Of a stretch of DNA of 64,000 nt, positions 32,564 to 41,987 are shown one piece after another. The stretch comes from Candidatus Marinacidobacterales bacterium. Its GTDB lineage: Bacteria; Acidobacteriota; Vicinamibacteria; Marinacidobacterales; SMYC01. Numbering within the stretch: position 1 is the first letter of the stretch; every line of letters begins with the position of its first letter. The position numbers were made by a program, and so were the translations under genes. Location: contig CBDCYI010000004.1 in NCBI GenBank assembly GCA_965224085.1, positions 384,001 through 448,000 on the forward strand, read 5' to 3'. The notes below the pieces were generated by a model. The model worked only from the letters and a program-made list of their open reading frames with translations, was not told the DNA's origin and ran no database searches.

Positions 32564-34525
32564 CTACTGCGACGTCGCGGACTCTATCGAAATGAATCGC
32601 TCGAACCATTCGACGTTGCGCGTCAAAAGGTCGCGCACCAGGCGCGGCTCCCGCACACCATGCGGCTGGCCGGGATAGATCACGAGCTTGGTCTCGGCCT
32701 TTCCGATGGCCCGCACGGCTTCGTAGAACTGAATGCTCTGCTCCGCGGGGACGCGATCGTCCTTCTCCCCGACTTGGATCAAAAGAGGTGTCGTCACTTT
32801 CGCCACATGGCGGTACGCCGAGCGCTCTTCGTAGAGCTCGAAATCCTCCCACGGCTTGGGCCCGAGATACGTGTGGTAGAAATCGGGGATATCGGTCTGT
32901 GAGTACATCGAGATCAAGTCGGTAGCACCCGCGCCGGCGCTCGCTGCGCGATAGCGATCCGTTTGCGTGATGCCCCAGTAAGTGTGGTGCCCGCCGAAAC
33001 TCCACCCCATGACGCCGAGGCGCTCTGGGTCCGCGACGCCGCGCTCGATCAAAGCGTCCACGCCAGAATCGATGTCGATCCAGTCGCGCCCGGAAATGTC
33101 GCCTCGATTGAGGCCACGGAAGCGTTCGCCATAACCGGTCGAGCCGCGATAGTTCGGCTGCAGCACCGCGTAGCCCATGCCGGCGAAAACTTGAATCGGG
33201 TAGGCGCCGCGCCGCGGTGAGAATCGGTCCGACGAAACACCGGAAGGCCCGCCGTGGATCACGAGAAGAAGAGGCACGGTGTCGCCCTCACGATACTCGG
33301 TTGGCAGCGTGAGCACACCTTCGATCTCTTCGTTGTCGGCGCGGGATGGCCACCTCACGACGCGCTGCGTGCCGAGCCGAAATTCCGAGAGCTGCGGGTT
33401 CGAGTCGGTGAGCCTCTTGGGAGAAAAACCGCTCGTGCCGGAGACGAAGACGTCTGGCGCCATTTCGCCCCCTTCCCCGATGAAAGCCACGACGTCACCG
33501 GCCTCGCTCGCGCTAAAGCTGTGGGAAAAGGCGTCACCCGAAACCCGCGACGCCAATCCGTCGGCGAGGCGAACGCGATAAAGCCCGCGGCCCGTACGAT
33601 AGGTCGCTTCAACCAAGAGCTCATCGTTATGAATCGAGACGAACGTCGCGTTCTCGTCGAGACCATCGCTCAGAGACACCGCAGCGCCACCGTTCGAAGA
33701 GACTTTGAAAAGCTTTCGGTTATACGTCCCGAGCAGATGGCCCGTGGCGGAGACTACAAGCCCGTGTCGTTGTGTCCACGCCACCGGCCACTCCCCTCCA
33801 GCCATGCTCGTCACACGCCGCGCGTCGGCTCCCGCCGACGCGACGACGAACACGTCACTCTCGCGATTCGTGCGCAAGGCCGGCGACGGGCGCGCTTGAA
33901 AAGCAACGCCTATCGAGTCGGGCGCCCATACAAAGGCCGACACGTAAGCCCTTTCCGGCGAGACTTGCACGGCTTCACCCGCGTGTCCGTTCTCGAGTGG
34001 CGCTATCCACAGTTGTGACCACTCGTCTTGGTAGGACTCGTCCCAAACCATGGGCCGGCCGCGCCCTTTCTCGAACGCTTCTTGATCCTCGCTCTTGTCG
34101 GGCTTGGCGACGAAACCGAGCTTCGTGCCATCCGGCGAGATGCGAAACGACTCCACACCGGTCGCCCAATCCGTGACCCGCCACGCTTCGCCGCCGTCAG
34201 GACGGATGCCGTAGACCTGATTCTTCTCGCCGCGATCGGAGGCGAAGGCCACCCAGCCGGAATCCGGCGCCCAGCGCGGCCTGTTATCCGTCCCGACATG
34301 CGTCGTCAGCCGAACGGGCTCGCCGCCGTCCACGGAGACGACCCAAAGGTCGGTGTCGTTGAGGTTTTCCTCGAAGTCCATATGGGCCACTACATAGGCA
34401 ACCCACCGACCATCGGGGCTCACTTGCGGATCGGACACCGAGCTCAGGGCGAGAACGTCTGCAACCTGCATGGGGCGCGGCTCCTGGGTCGCCGCCACAA
34501 GAGCCACTAGAAGAAGGATCTTCAT
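32564..34525 (-). CDS. S9 (prolyl oligopeptidase family) peptidase
   Basis: SPDG propeller repeats, HGGP, NYRGSTGYG, GWSFGG, D-RVP, YPGQPHG. Confidence 0.93.
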   Translation of the reverse strand: MKILLLVALVAATQEPRPMQVADVLALSSVSDPQVSPDGRWVAYVVAHMDFEENLNDTDLWVVSVDGGEPVRLTTHVGTDNRPRWAPDSGWVAFASDRGEKNQVYGIRPDGGEAWRVTDWATGVESFRISPDGTKLGFVAKPDKSEDQEAFEKGRGRPMVWDESYQDEWSQLWIAPLENGHAGEAVQVSPERAYVSAFVWAPDSIGVAFQARPSPALRTNRESDVFVVASAGADARRVTSMAGGEWPVAWTQRHGLVVSATGHLLGTYNRKLFKVSSNGGAAVSLSDGLDENATFVSIHNDELLVEATYRTGRGLYRVRLADGLASRVSGDAFSHSFSASEAGDVVAFIGEGGEMAPDVFVSGTSGFSPKRLTDSNPQLSEFRLGTQRVVRWPSRADNEEIEGVLTLPTEYREGDTVPLLLVIHGGPSGVSSDRFSPRRGAYPIQVFAGMGYAVLQPNYRGSTGYGERFRGLNRGDISGRDWIDIDSGVDALIERGVADPERLGVMGWSFGGHHTYWGITQTDRYRAASAGAGATDLISMYSQTDIPDFYHTYLGPKPWEDFELYEERSAYRHVAKVTTPLLIQVGEKDDRVPAEQSIQFYEAVRAIGKAETKLVIYPGQPHGVREPRLVRDLLTRNVEWFERFISIESATSQ

Positions 34526-34556
34526 GTCATACCTCCCCGAGGAACGCTCTAGTGTT

Positions 34557-34925
34557 TCACAACTTCGCCACCACGCAGTAGCGGCGCGCCGGCGAGTGTT
34601 CCGTCGCTCTGCCGTCGTGGATGGCGAGCTCTCCGTTCACGAGAACATGGACGGTCCCTTCGGAATACTGCTTTGGATCTTCATAGGTCGCGAGGTCGCG
34701 TATCCGGTCACGGTCGAGCACGGCGATATCGGCCACGTAGCCTTCGCGAAGAAACCCGCGATCCTCGAGGTGCAGAAATTCCGCTGCGAGCCCGGTCATG
34801 CCACGAATCGCGAACGGCATCATCCATTTCTGCTGCGCGAGAAACCACGTGTTCTCGATGTCGTAGAGATCGAGGTTCATGACCGAAGCGTTGGCTTCGG
34901 TGATGATTCGGCGGACCGTGCGCAT
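34557..34925 (-). pseudogene. N-acyl-D-amino-acid deacylase, C-terminal remnant
   Basis: MTGLAA...DRGFLREGYVADIAVLD...ATYEDPKQY...VLVNG. Confidence 0.7.
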
Positions 34926-35041
34926 TTGACAACCGCCGCCTGGGCGACCGGACGACGTTTACTGCCGAGTGTCGTAAATCTAGCCGCTTATGAAGACAAA
35001 CTGTGAGGTGTCGGATTGCCTTCCGGACTATCGAGACCGCC

Positions 35042-35310
35042 CTATGAAGTCTGATGCAGAGCAACACCTAGGCGGTTCAACAGGGACGCGCCGTCCCCAC
35101 GGAACGACGCACCGTGCATGCAGGCGAGAAGCTCGGGCCGCGTCGCGGCGAGCTTGTCCGTGAGAGAACGCGGATCGCGAAGGCTCGCATAGGGAAACGA
35201 CTTTCGCATCGCCTCACTCGGCTCCCACACGACGGCGGACGACTCCGTCAGTGCGGGAGCGTTGTTGCCGAGCTGTGTGAAAAGATCGCCACATAGAAGC
35301 GTTCCGGTGC
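35042..35310 (-). pseudogene. MBL-fold hydrolase, C-terminal remnant
   Basis: TLLCGDLFTQ...LACMHGASF. Confidence 0.65.
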
Positions 35311-36423
35311 CTCGGCGGCGAGAAAGCTCGGCTGGCACCCGTTTCCCGGTCCGGCCGCCGTCAATTCCAAGCCGTTCGAGAACCGAGCGGCTTGCGTCTA
35401 TCATGGATTCTGCAGCCGAGGTGGCTGCCATGTCGGCGCAAAAAATTCTACCGCCGTCTCCACGATTCCCAAAGCGCAAGCCACCGGCCGATTGAACGTC
35501 GTGACCGAAGCCCACGTCACCGAAATCACCGTGAACGGCGACGGGCGCGTGAACGGTGTGACCTATCTGAAAGACGGCGAGTCCTACTTCCAACCTGCTG
35601 CCGTAGTGCTGCTTGGCACCTACACCTACGAGAACGTACGGACGCTGCTCCTTTCCAAATCGAAGGCCTACGTAAACGGCTCTCCAACAATCACGGTCAG
35701 GTCGGCAAGCATTACCTGAGCCACAACACGAGGGCGGGAGTGCTCGCGCTATTTCCGTCGAGCTTGAACACGTGGTACGGCCTTCCGGCGCAAGGTATCG
35801 CCGTGGATAACTGGGCCGATGACAACTTCGACCACGCCGACCTCGATTTCGTCGGCGGCGGCAACCTGTGGGTCTACACCGAAAGGCACCCGATCGCGGC
35901 GGCGAACATGAACACATTCGGCCGCGCACCGAGGTGGGGCTCTCGGTGGAAAGCTTTCATCAAGAAGAATGCGGATCGCTGGACCGGCTCCTATCTCCAA
36001 AAGACAACGCTTCCTTACGAGGACAACCACCTGGACCTCCACCCCACCGTGAGGGACCCGCTCGGCTTTCCAGTATGCCGGATCACGGCCGACTTCAAAG
36101 ACAACGAAAAACGGGCAGCCGCGTTCATCCAAGACAAGATGGTTCAGTGGTTCATGGAAGCCGGCGCCGTCGAGACGATCAGGCAATCCATCGGCACGAT
36201 GGGACCCACCACCCATGCCTATGGCGGCACTCGCATGGGCGACGACGCCGACACGAACGTTGTCGACCGCTGGGGATTCTCACACGAGGCACCCAATCTC
36301 GCGATCCTCGGAGCGTCAGTGATGGGGACGAGCGGCGCACACAACCCCACCCTCACAGCGCAAGCGCTCGCGTGGCGGACTGCCGCTCACCTCATCGAGA
36401 ACTGGCGCACGATCTCGAGCTGA
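35311..36423 (+). pseudogene. GMC oxidoreductase (gluconate 2-dehydrogenase-like), 5'-truncated and frameshifted
   Basis: LGWHPFPGPAAVNS, CVYHGFC, ENVRTLLLS, THAYGGTRMG, HNPTLT. Confidence 0.8.
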
Positions 36424-36464
36424 CGCAAGGCTTGCGTTCCAAATCCCACGCCTAGCCTCTCGTT

Positions 36465-36734
36465 TCAACGATCGCCGCCTCGCGACTTCGCCCCGGACTT
36501 GGCGAAACCTCGACTCGCCGTGTGCGGAGCGGAAGCCGTACCACTCGCCGCCGCATCCGTCTTTCCACCATCGAAGATTTCGATCGAGCCCGCCTCGACG
36601 AGCTTTTTGATGCGCGGATGCTCCGCGGCGTCGTCACGTAGCTGCCCGGTCTTGCCTGGGCCGAGGTGAAGCGATTTTCCGCGAGGCAGCGGGATCTTGA
36701 GCGGTGCTCGCGTCTTGTTCGTCACGGCTTTCAT
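36465..36734 (-). CDS. Small basic hypothetical protein
   Basis: 89-aa ORF preceded by TG-TAGAAT-6nt-ATG. Confidence 0.6.
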   Translation of the reverse strand: MKAVTNKTRAPLKIPLPRGKSLHLGPGKTGQLRDDAAEHPRIKKLVEAGSIEIFDGGKTDAAASGTASAPHTASRGFAKSGAKSRGGDR

Positions 36735-36766
36735 GCCGCCATTCTACAAGATCCATCCGTGCGGTT

Positions 36767-37219
36767 TCAGGCTGATGCGGCTCGTCTCAGCAATGCGATC
36801 TGTCCACCATGGTAAAGATTGTGTTGAACGACCCCGTGCAAAAGATGATAAACCGTCCCGCCAGTACCGATGACGCCGCTGTCGAGCCGGCTATCGTCGA
36901 GCTCGGCAAGTGTTTCCATCAGACGGACGTGGCTCGTTTCGAGCTCCTTCAAGAGCGTCGTCCATGCATCGGCGCCGTGGGGCCAGTCTTCCTCCGCAGG
37001 CAAATCGCTCCCCTCCCCGTTCACCCGGCGAATAGCTTCCTTCTCCCACGCCACGATATGAAGCACGAGCTCCCGTATCGAGTGCGCGTCCGCGATCGGC
37101 CGCGCCGACGCCGTGTCCGTGCCAACTCCCTCGAGAAGCTCCTTCAGTGACGGCCCGTGCCACGCGTCACCGCTATACGCGCGACGTAGCTGATCACGAA
37201 TCCTCTCCATCTCGCTCAT
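36767..37219 (-). CDS. DinB family protein
   Basis: AWHGPSL, SIRELVLHIVAWE, QHNLYHGGQI. Confidence 0.88.
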   Translation of the reverse strand: MSEMERIRDQLRRAYSGDAWHGPSLKELLEGVGTDTASARPIADAHSIRELVLHIVAWEKEAIRRVNGEGSDLPAEEDWPHGADAWTTLLKELETSHVRLMETLAELDDSRLDSGVIGTGGTVYHLLHGVVQHNLYHGGQIALLRRAASA

Positions 37220-38052
37220 ATGCGTTTCACCATCATGAGCGTCCGATCGTCGCTGGGCTCGCCGGGCGCGAAGCGCGCGAGCTGATCGGCAACGGTCGAA
37301 GCTATCACCTGCGCCGGCGCGTCGGGTTCGGTGTCAACCCAGCGAACGATGTGGCGTTCATCGAAAATATCGCCGGCACTGTTCTCGGCTTCAGTGAAAC
37401 CGTCGGAAAATAACGCCAAGACATCACCCGGGTCGAGCTGGACGCTCTTTTCGCCGTAAGTCGCATTCTCGAGAGCACCGAGCACGAGGCCCGTCGAGTC
37501 GAGCGTGCGCCACTCGCCGCAGGCGCGCCGGAGTAGCGGCGGAAGATGGCCGGCATTTGCGTAGCGCAGCTCCCCGCTATCGGCATCGAGACTCCCGTAA
37601 AAGACCGTTGCCAGTCGGCCTTCAGAGGCGCTGTCGAGAAAATACCGATTCGCTTTCTCGAGCACTGCCGCCGGCGACGACACCTCCGGCACGAGCGCTT
37701 TGAGCGAACCCTGAAGCCCGGTCCGGCGAAGCGCAGCGGGGATCCCCTTCCCCATCACGTCCCCAAGAAGCAGCGTGACACGGCTGCCCTCGGCGCGCAC
37801 ATCGTAGAAGTCACCACTGATTAGTCGTGACGCGCGGTAGTGCAGGCCGACTTCCCATCCGGGCAAGAGCGGGATCTGAGGCAGCAAAGCACGATCGACG
37901 CGCTGCACCTGGTTGAGGTCTTTTTGGAGCCGTTCTATTTCGGCCTGGGGCATGCAGTCGAGGCAAACTTCGCTCGTCGGATAGATCGAGACGAGCTCGG
38001 GTTCTACATGACCGTCGCATTGACGGCACGGATGTTCCAATACAGTCGCCAT
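37216..38052 (-). CDS. PP2C/SpoIIE phosphatase with N-terminal Cys4 (DksA-like) finger
   Basis: CRQC...CLDC, SGDFYD, GDVMGKG, NAGH, FSDGFTEA, DDRT. Confidence 0.88.
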   Translation of the reverse strand: MATVLEHPCRQCDGHVEPELVSIYPTSEVCLDCMPQAEIERLQKDLNQVQRVDRALLPQIPLLPGWEVGLHYRASRLISGDFYDVRAEGSRVTLLLGDVMGKGIPAALRRTGLQGSLKALVPEVSSPAAVLEKANRYFLDSASEGRLATVFYGSLDADSGELRYANAGHLPPLLRRACGEWRTLDSTGLVLGALENATYGEKSVQLDPGDVLALFSDGFTEAENSAGDIFDERHIVRWVDTEPDAPAQVIASTVADQLARFAPGEPSDDRTLMMVKRI

Positions 38053-38055
38053 TAG

Positions 38056-38237
38056 TGTCTCGTCCGGGGATGGTGGAAACCCCTCGCCTTCAGGCGAAGA
38101 AAAGATTGTCGATGTCCCCGAAGGGGACGAGACTCCCCCGACTGAAGTCGGGGGGTTGAGAATGAAGCGGGCGCATGAAGTCGACTTCCAGTCGACGCGC
38201 CCGCGCAATCCACCGGCTTAAGCCGGTGGTTGATTTA
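38056..38237 (+). mobile_element. Non-autonomous IS200/IS605-derived element (PATE-like)
   Basis: Left ~50 bp nearly identical to the left end of the IS200 copies; preceded by TTAG; five hairpins; no tnpA. Confidence 0.8.
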
Positions 38238-38271
38238 ATTTCTCCTCTTGTTGATTAATGTTCGCGTCGTG

Positions 38272-38865
38272 CTAGTCCCCTGCGGGATTGATCCCTTCGA
38301 TCTCCATCAAGGCTTTCTTGATGTCCAAGCCGCCGGTGTAACCGCCCATGCCCCCGCCGGAAGCAACGACGCGGTGGCACGGAATGACGATGGCCACGGG
38401 GTTCTTGCCGAGCGCGTTGCCGACGGCGCGCTGAGCCTTCGGCCGCCCGATACGCTCGGCTACATCCGTATAGCACTCGCACTCGCCGAAACGGATCTCG
38501 TTCGCAGCTTCCAGCACTTGCCTTTGAAACGGCGTTCCCCATCGAATGTCGACCGGCAGCTGAAAACGCTTGCGCTTACCTTCGAAATATTCGACGAACT
38601 GACGGCGCTCGCGGTCGAGCTCGCTGCCCGCTTTTTCGGGCAAAAGCTCGCGTTTTTCGAGGTCGTTGACCAAAGCGTCCTCCGACCGTCGGAAGCTCGC
38701 GAGGCAGAGACCCTTTCGCGTTCTCGCCAGAAACATCTTGCCGAACGGCGCGTCGATCCAGCCGTAATGCGCGCGGACGGGGTCGAAGCTTCTCTTGAGC
38801 GCCGCGTGGGCTCGTTTCCATTCAGACGCGCTCGGCGTGGGAAGCTCGGGATTCGGCATCGTCAC
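38272..38865 (-). CDS. ogt: Methylated-DNA--protein-cysteine methyltransferase
   Basis: GTPFQRQV, RAVGNALGKNP, IPCHRV. Confidence 0.92.
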   Translation of the reverse strand: MTMPNPELPTPSASEWKRAHAALKRSFDPVRAHYGWIDAPFGKMFLARTRKGLCLASFRRSEDALVNDLEKRELLPEKAGSELDRERRQFVEYFEGKRKRFQLPVDIRWGTPFQRQVLEAANEIRFGECECYTDVAERIGRPKAQRAVGNALGKNPVAIVIPCHRVVASGGGMGGYTGGLDIKKALMEIEGINPAGD

Positions 38866-39377
38866 AATTCCTCTCGTCTTAGTCCATTAGTCCATAGCGG
38901 ACTTTCTTCATGGCTTGGTAAACCTGCGCCCGCGCGTTTCTCCGGGCTCATACCCAGAATCTCGGCGACGTCACGATACGGCAGACCCTCGTATTTCTTG
39001 AGGAGAAGCGCCGAGCGCTGCCGCGGCGTGAGGTCACGAACAACGTGGCCCAGCGCTCGCGCGAGCCGCCGTGTCTCCGATAGATCGTCGGGGTGGCCGT
39101 TCGCATCGTGGACGTCCGCCGCAGCATCGATGGGAGAGGTCCCTCGCAATTGTTCGGATCGAAAATGGTTCAGCACTTGGCGATGCGCGATGCGGTAGAG
39201 CCAGGCGCGGTGATTGGCGTCTTCCGGCAGTCGCGGAAACGCTTTGAATGCCCGCAGAAACGTATCTTGCAGCAGGTCGGCGGCGTCATCGGGATTCCCC
39301 GTCATCCGGAAGGCGTAGCGGTAGATTTCCTTCTGGTAGCTTTCGAGAATCTCTGCGAAACGCGCTTTTCCGGGCAT
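38862..39377 (-). CDS. ECF sigma factor; +1 frameshift near 38938, restored stop near 38879
   Basis: DAADLLQDTFLRAF, AWLYRIA, LTPRQR...EGLPYRDVAEILG; shifted frame continues NARAQVYQAMKKVR. Confidence 0.88.
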   Translation of the reverse strand: MPGKARFAEILESYQKEIYRYAFRMTGNPDDAADLLQDTFLRAFKAFPRLPEDANHRAWLYRIAHRQVLNHFRSEQLRGTSPIDAAADVHDANGHPDDLSETRRLARALGHVVRDLTPRQRSALLLKKYEGLPYRDVAEILGMSPEKRAGAGLPSHEESPLWTNGLRREEL

Positions 39378-39668
39378 CTAGTCTGTATAACACCCGAGAA
39401 CACGAAATGTGAAAAAGCTCGGGACAAGTATTTTAGTCTTTCGCTTCTAGACCTAAGGTCGAGAACTCAGCCCAGAGGTAGCGAAGCTGTCATCTGGGGC
39501 AGTCAGGCGCATGAATTTGAGTCAGCCGATCTCCCTGTAAAGGGAAGGGAATGATGCCTTTTCGTGGTCTTTCGTGACCCTTCTTTGCTTCTTCGTAATC
39601 AGCAGGTCGGGTGCTCAGAATTTGCTGCGGTTGCCCGTGACAACTACTAGGACGAGGCCCAGCTAGAG

Positions 39669-40694
39669 CTAATTTCGAATACGGCTTCTGGGCAACGGCC
39701 GCTCGGGAACGTCTTCGAGAAGGCCGCCGGCGCCGAGCGCGACGATATCCTCGCGCGTCAACGCGTCACCGGCAAGGAGGCGCGGGAGGACCCAGTCCAC
39801 CACGTTCGTTTTGCGGCTCCTGGCGCAGCCGGGCGCGCCGAGCACCGGGATCTCACCGATATAAGCCAGCATCAGGAGGTTGCCGGGATCCACGGGAGCG
39901 CCCACCGTTTCCACATCGCCACCGGCTCTCTCGACCGCCCGAGGTGTGATGTCGTGGCGGTCCATAATCGCGGTCTCGCCCGCCAGCACGATGAGCGCCA
40001 CGCCCTCGTCACACTGTTGCTCAATCGCCCGCGCGAGCGCTTCTTCGCCGCTAGCGTCTTCGAGCGTCACATAATCCCGATCGGAAACCTCGGCGCCGAG
40101 CGACTCGATCCTTTCGACGAGCGGCGAGAAGCTCTCGGTCAACGCGGCCTTCGCAGACGGCGAGCCCGAAAGGATCATTCCGACCCGGCGACGGGGTAGC
40201 TCATCCACACGAAGGAGCGGGACCTCACCCCGTGCCTCAGCCTCCGCCGATTCCACTACGTCGGCGGCGACGGCATAAGGGATGACTTTGACGGTCGCAA
40301 CCGTTTGTCCCGGCCGCACGACCGCATGGGCCGCGACCGACGCGAGCGTGATGCCGTCGCTCTCATTCAGCCGTTTCAAGCGCTCGCTGTCCACCCGGAA
40401 CAAACCGAGAACGCTCGCGCTAAGATTGATGCGACCGGTGGCGGCACCGGAGAGTCGGAGCCCTGCTCCGAGGGCCGCTTGCGCGACGCGCTCCGCGGCT
40501 TCGTTCTCGGGGACGTCGCCCGCTTCGAGCTCCGCCACGTAAACGACGCTCCGCCCAATCGCGCGCAGCGCTTCGAGATCACCGGGGGTGAGAGGTTTTC
40601 CTTTGCGAAGAAGTCGCTTGCCGTTGTCGCCCGCGACGTTGTGCCCGAGGATCTTGCCTTCGGCCTGTTCGAGCGGAACGGGCCCAAACTTCAT
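39669..40694 (-). CDS. Molybdopterin-binding (MoeA/CinA-like) accessory protein
   Basis: MKFGPVPLEQAEGKILGH, GAPVDPGNLL, GAPGCARS, GAGGLL. Confidence 0.85.
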   Translation of the reverse strand: MKFGPVPLEQAEGKILGHNVAGDNGKRLLRKGKPLTPGDLEALRAIGRSVVYVAELEAGDVPENEAAERVAQAALGAGLRLSGAATGRINLSASVLGLFRVDSERLKRLNESDGITLASVAAHAVVRPGQTVATVKVIPYAVAADVVESAEAEARGEVPLLRVDELPRRRVGMILSGSPSAKAALTESFSPLVERIESLGAEVSDRDYVTLEDASGEEALARAIEQQCDEGVALIVLAGETAIMDRHDITPRAVERAGGDVETVGAPVDPGNLLMLAYIGEIPVLGAPGCARSRKTNVVDWVLPRLLAGDALTREDIVALGAGGLLEDVPERPLPRSRIRN

Positions 40695-41134
40695 GCTTCG
40701 ATTTTCTTCTTCACACAGGCAAAGAACTGCCCGGCCATCTTCGCCGACACCGGCTTCATGAGACGCGCCGCGAGGCTCGCAATGGTGCCCACGACTTTGA
40801 CGTCGGCCTTCCACGCCAAGTCCGTCGAGCCATTGGCGCCATCCGATAGAGAGACCTCGCTGCCGACATCGATCGAGCTTCCCGGCGCGGTGCCGTTCAT
40901 CTTCATCTTGGCGTCGTCCGGCTCTTTCAGTTCGGTCCATTCGATGGTGCTCTTGAACTTTACTTTGATGGTCCCGAGACGAAGCGCCCCCACCGCTTGA
41001 AACTTCTTGCCAGGATCCAGGATCTCCATCGACTCGATCCCAGGGGTGCAGTTCGAAACAGACTCCGCGTCCGTCAAAAAATCCCAGACTTCTTTACGCG
41101 TCGCTTTAATGTTGTCCTTACCTTCAATCAGCAT
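40691..41134 (-). CDS. coxG: CO dehydrogenase accessory protein G (SRPBCC)
   Basis: VWDFLTD...CTPG...VGTIASLAARLM...FF. Confidence 0.85.
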   Translation of the reverse strand: MLIEGKDNIKATRKEVWDFLTDAESVSNCTPGIESMEILDPGKKFQAVGALRLGTIKVKFKSTIEWTELKEPDDAKMKMNGTAPGSSIDVGSEVSLSDGANGSTDLAWKADVKVVGTIASLAARLMKPVSAKMAGQFFACVKKKIEA

Positions 41135-41987
41135 GTTTGAGCTCGTAAGCCTCTTTGCAGCCGGGGCCGCAGAAATAAACGGTGTCATCACCTTGGGAGA
41201 TCGTGTGGCGCGCGCCTTCGACGCCAACCATCATCCCACAAATCGGATCCTTGAACGCCTCTGGGGGCGGCGCCAACTCTTTGGGGCGAGCGCGACGCAC
41301 CGAAACGATCTCCGCGAGAATGCTGAGTGCTATCTCCTCGGGGGTAACCGCGCCGATGTCGAGCCCCGCGGGAAACTTCACATGCTCTGGGACGTCGAGA
41401 CTCGCGGCCCGCTTCTTGCTCGAGACGAGCGCCACGTAGCCGCTTTCAGTTTTCGCAACGGCTTCGAGTGCCTCCGCGTCATAGCTTCCGTGGCTCGCAA
41501 TCACCACAAAGGTCTCACCCGCTTCGGCTTCGCTCATGTCGATCCTCTCGGAAAAACTATCGGCGTCTGGAAACTGGTTGGGATGGCCTTCCGGCGTCAT
41601 GACCGAGACCCGAAACCCGAGCGGTTTCGCGAGACGCACCATCGCTTCGGCGGCGGGCAGATGACCGATGACAAGGAGATGGGGTTTGGGCAAGTAAGGC
41701 TCCAAGTAAATATCCAGCGTTCCTCCGCTGGCGCACGTTTCCGTCGACGCGAGATGGACGACAGTGGGCTCGCTCGATCGCAGCACGCGCCGCGCCTCGT
41801 ACTCTACCGCGGGGCGCGAGCAGCTCCCGCCAATCCAGCCAATCCAGTTTCCCTCGGCGGTAATAATGGCTTTCGCGCCGGGCTTAGCCGAAGTGGGCTT
41901 CTCGGCCCGAACGACCGTGGCAAGGACGAACGGCTCCCCGGCATTCCGAAGCCGGAGAGCCGTCTCCAAGATGTCCGGAGTGGTCAC
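41124..41987 (-). CDS. XdhC/CoxF maturation protein with C-terminal YHS domain
   Basis: SAKPGAKA, GWIGGSC, CASGG, PAGLDIGAVTPEEIALSI, KDPICGM...YFCGPGCK. Confidence 0.88.
   Translation of the reverse strand: MTTPDILETALRLRNAGEPFVLATVVRAEKPTSAKPGAKAIITAEGNWIGWIGGSCSRPAVEYEARRVLRSSEPTVVHLASTETCASGGTLDIYLEPYLPKPHLLVIGHLPAAEAMVRLAKPLGFRVSVMTPEGHPNQFPDADSFSERIDMSEAEAGETFVVIASHGSYDAEALEAVAKTESGYVALVSSKKRAASLDVPEHVKFPAGLDIGAVTPEEIALSILAEIVSVRRARPKELAPPPEAFKDPICGMMVGVEGARHTISQGDDTVYFCGPGCKEAYELKHAD

Noticed and set aside
38056-38237. TnpB/IscB RNA-guided nuclease system
   Set aside because: There is no tnpB or iscB ORF in the window and the IS200 copies encode only TnpA; any guide-RNA role is unsupported.
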